A DNA stretch of 64,000 nt from Laetmonice hystrix. Its lineage: Eukaryota. The position numbers were made by a program, and so were the translations under genes. The stretch's first letter is position 1. Every line of letters starts with the position of its first letter. Shown here piece after piece: positions 60,463-64,000 of the stretch. Below the pieces are notes generated by a model. It was not told the DNA's origin, did no database searches, and was given only the letters and a program-made list of their open reading frames with translations. Location: NCBI GenBank assembly GCA_965235115.1, contig OZ249436.1, forward strand, positions 8,742,001-8,806,000, written 5' to 3'.

Positions 60463-62985
60463 CATGACACAGCACAAGGAGTCCTCACCCCGTAATGATA
60501 GGCATGACACAGCACAAGGCAGTCCTCACCCCATAATGATAGGCATGACACAGCACAAGGCAGTCCTCACCCCATAATGATAGGCATGATGACACAGCAC
60601 AAGGCAGTCCTCACCCCATAATGATAGGCATGACACAGCACAAGGCAGTCCTCACCCCATAATGATAGGCATGACACAGCACAAGGCAGTCCTCACCCCA
60701 TAATGATAGACATGACACAGCACAAGGCAGTCCTCACCCCATAATGATAGACATGACACAGCACAAGGCAGTCCTCACCCCATAATGATAGGAATGACAC
60801 AGCACAAGGCAGTCCTCACCCCATAATGATAGGCATGACACAGCACAAGGCAGTCCTCACCCCATAATGATAGGCATGATGACACAGCACAAGGCAGTCC
60901 TCACCCCATAATGATAGGCATGACACAGCACAAGGCAGTCCTCACCCCATAATGATAGGCATGACACAGCACAAGGCAGTCCTCACCCCATAATGATAGA
61001 CATGACACAGCACAAGGCAGTCCTCACCCCATAATGATAGACATGACACAGCACAAGGCAGTCCTCACCCCATAATGATAGGCATGACACAGCACAAGGC
61101 AGTCCTCACCCCATAATGATAGGCATGACACAGCACAAGGCAGTCCTCACCCCATAATGATAGGCATGACACAGCACAAGGCAGTCCTCACACCATAATG
61201 ATAGGCATGACACAGCACAAGGCAGTCCTCACCCCATAATGATAGACATGACACAGCACAAGGCAGTCCTCACCCCATAATGATAGACATGACACAGCAC
61301 AAGGCAGTCCTCACACCATAATGATAGGCATGACACAGCACAAGGCAGTCCTCACACCATAATGATAGGCATGACACAGCACAAGGCAATCCTCACCCCG
61401 TAATGATAGGCATGACACAGCACAAGGCAGTCCTCACACCATAATGATAGGCATGACACAGCACAAGGCAGTCCTCACCCCATAATGATAGACATGACAC
61501 AGCACAAGGCAGTCCTCACCCCATAATGATAGACATGACACAGCACAAGGCAGTCCTCACCCCATAATGATAGACATGACACAGCACAAGGCAGTCCTCA
61601 CCCCATAATGATAGGCATGACACAGCACAAGGCAATCCTCACCCCGTAATGATAGGCATGACACAGCACAAGGCAGTCCTCACCCCATAACGATAGGCAT
61701 GACACAGCACAAGGCAGTCCTCACCCCATAATGATAGGCATGACACAGCACAAGGCAGTCCTCACCCCGTAATGATAGGCATGACACAGCACAAGGCAGT
61801 CCTCACCCCATAATGATAGGCATGACACAGCACAAGGCAGTCCTCACCCTATAATGATAGGCATGACACAGCACAAGGCAGTCCTCACCCCATAATGATA
61901 GGCATGACACAGCACAAGGCAGTCCTCACCCCATAATGATAGGCATGACACAGCACAAGGCAGTCCTCACCCTATAATGATAGGCATGACACAGCACAAG
62001 GCAGTCCTCACCCCATAATGATAGGCATGACACAGCACAAGGCAGTCCTCACCCCATAATGATAGGCATGACACAGCACAAGGCAGTCCTCACCCCATAA
62101 TAATAGGCATGACACAGCACAAGGCAGTCCTCACCCCATAATGATAGGCATGACACAGCACAAGGCAGTCCTCACCCCATAATGATAGGCATGACACAGC
62201 ACAAGGCAGTCCTCACCCCATAATGATAGGCATGACACAGCACAAGGCAGTCCTCACCCCATAATAATAGGCATGACACAGCACAAGGCAGTCCTCACCC
62301 CATAATGATAGGCATGACACAGCACAAGGCAGTCCTCACCCTATAATGATAGGCATGACACAGCACAAGGCAGTCCTCACCCCATAATGATAGGCATGAC
62401 ACAGCACAAGGCAGTCCTCACCCCATAATGATAGGCATGACACAGCACAAGGCAGTCCTCCACCCATAATGATAGGCATGACACAGCACAAGGCAGTCCT
62501 CACCCCATAATGATAGGCATGACACAGCACAAGGCAGTCCTCACCCCATAATGATAGGCATGACACAGCACAAGGCAGTCCTCACCCCATAATGATAGGC
62601 ATGACACAGCACAAGGCAGTCCTCCACCCATAATGATAGGCATGACACAGCACAAGGCAGTCCTCACCCCATAATGATAGGCATGACACAGCACAAGGCA
62701 GTCCTCCACCCATAATGATAGGCATGACACAGCACAAGGCAGTCCTCACCCCATAATGATAGGCATGACACAGCACAAGGCAGTCCTCACCCCATAATGA
62801 TAGGCATGACACAGCACAAGGCAGTCCTCACCCCATAATGATAGGCATGACACAGCACAAGGCAGTCCTCACCCCATAATGATAGGCATGACACAGCACA
62901 AGGCAGTCCTCACCCCATAATGATAGGCATGACACAGCACAAGGCAGTCCTCACACCGTAATGATAGGCATGACACAGCACAATG
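60463..62985. repeat. 41-bp minisatellite, ~61 highly homogeneous copies
   Basis: Unit atgacacagcacaaggcagtcctcaccccataatgataggc; fills ~60% of intron 3. Confidence 0.98.
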
Positions 62986-63557
62986 CAGTCACAGTACAAA
63001 TGTGACAAGTAAATCCGGCGGTGGTTTTTGATGGATCATCTGTATAATGTGTAATTGTGTTCAGACATACGTGTACATCAGAGCCGTGCATCACTTGCAT
63101 GTTATTATGATACCCTCCGCTACTAGTGGTATACGTCTAAAGCTGTTGGCTCCAGTTATGTTACCGGTATATTTTACACTGATGTTTTCACCTTCCTCGC
63201 ACCTTTTTTAGCCAGAGCCCACTTATTGATGGGTTTGGGGGGCAAGGGGGGCAGCTATCCCCAGATACTCTTCAAAATCAAATGAAAAGTGGTCTCGGAA
63301 TGAGGTCAAAACTGGTCGGTGCATTATAAGAACAGGACCTGTTGATAGAGAGTAGTAGGGCTACATCCAGTCTCCAACCGGTTGAGAAATATTCGCCGAG
63401 AATATTACCAACGCCGCGACTTAGTGAATAGTATCATTGTCCGCTCGATATGTCTAAAGGTATATAATATTGCCTTATAAGTGCTTGGTTTCAAGCACAT
63501 GTTGCAGAGTTTTTATTTCTGCCACCAATGCTGATGTTATGAAATGTTTTGTTGTAG

Positions 63558-64000
63558 AAGCCCTGCTGGCCAGCAGTCTAGGGGCGAGTTGTTGTGGGAG
63601 TTCGTCGGCTGGTGTGACCCCAGGGAGTGGTAGTCCCCTGTTTGCCGGCGGGTTCGCCCTGCCAAGTGCCCACTGCAGTTCCTCCTGCTTTGGTAACGGC
63701 TGCATTTCTTCCCGAGGTCTCGGTGCTTCGCTATCAGCCACGGCAGAACTACAAGAACAAGCCCGAGCACTCCAGTACCAACAGCAGCAGCAGCAGCAAC
63801 AACAACAACAACAACAATATTACTCCAAGTCACAGGACCGAGCCTCTCCCTCTCCTCCTACTCCCAGCAAGACCACTTCAGGAGGTAGTCACGGTAAGAA
63901 GGGCGGCGATACGAAGGTACTTTCACTCAAAACGGAAGATGGCGCCACCAGCGCAGATACTCAGCACCATCGACACCACCACCAGCACCACCATCAGAAG
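63558..64000 (+). CDS. TNRC18/BAHCC1: Coding exon 4 (truncated by window end): (E)ALLASSLG...Q13...HHRHHHQHHHQK
   Basis: Acceptor ttttgttgtAG, phase 1, frame open to the window end; Ser/Gly-rich low complexity, 13-Gln tract at 63779-63817, His-rich tail. Missed by the ORF track because it lacks a start codon. Confidence 0.8.

Noticed and set aside
1-64000. tRNA, rRNA, snRNA or SINE genes
   Set aside because: No A/B-box cloverleaf or conserved rRNA/snRNA motifs seen by eye; an Infernal/tRNAscan run would be needed to exclude divergent ones.

Overview
Animal genomic DNA, by composition and repeat style probably a marine invertebrate (inference). No prokaryotic features. One + strand host gene spans almost the whole window: four phase-compatible coding exons (7934-8216, 51473-51637, 59348-59488, 63558 to beyond 64000) give an N-terminus resembling the TNRC18/BAHCC1 (Drosophila winged eye) chromatin-reader family, an assignment made from recalled motifs that needs BLAST. 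Its 43-kb first coding intron holds an intact, apparently very young 9.36-kb Ty3/Gypsy LTR retrotransposon (24779-34139). The element has apparently identical 395-bp LTRs, a CTAG target-site duplication, gag, pol in the -1 frame with a slippery site and hairpin, a chromo-like C-terminus, a non-canonical primer site and an unexplained 2.6-kb 3' region. It inserted into a 39-bp minisatellite. There are also 3-4 MITEs and about 20 unrelated tandem arrays (roughly 14 kb), including an array of perfect 30-bp palindromes, plus strong dispersed enrichment of the octamer TAGGCCTA. Most ORFs in the supplied track are repeat read-through or chance.
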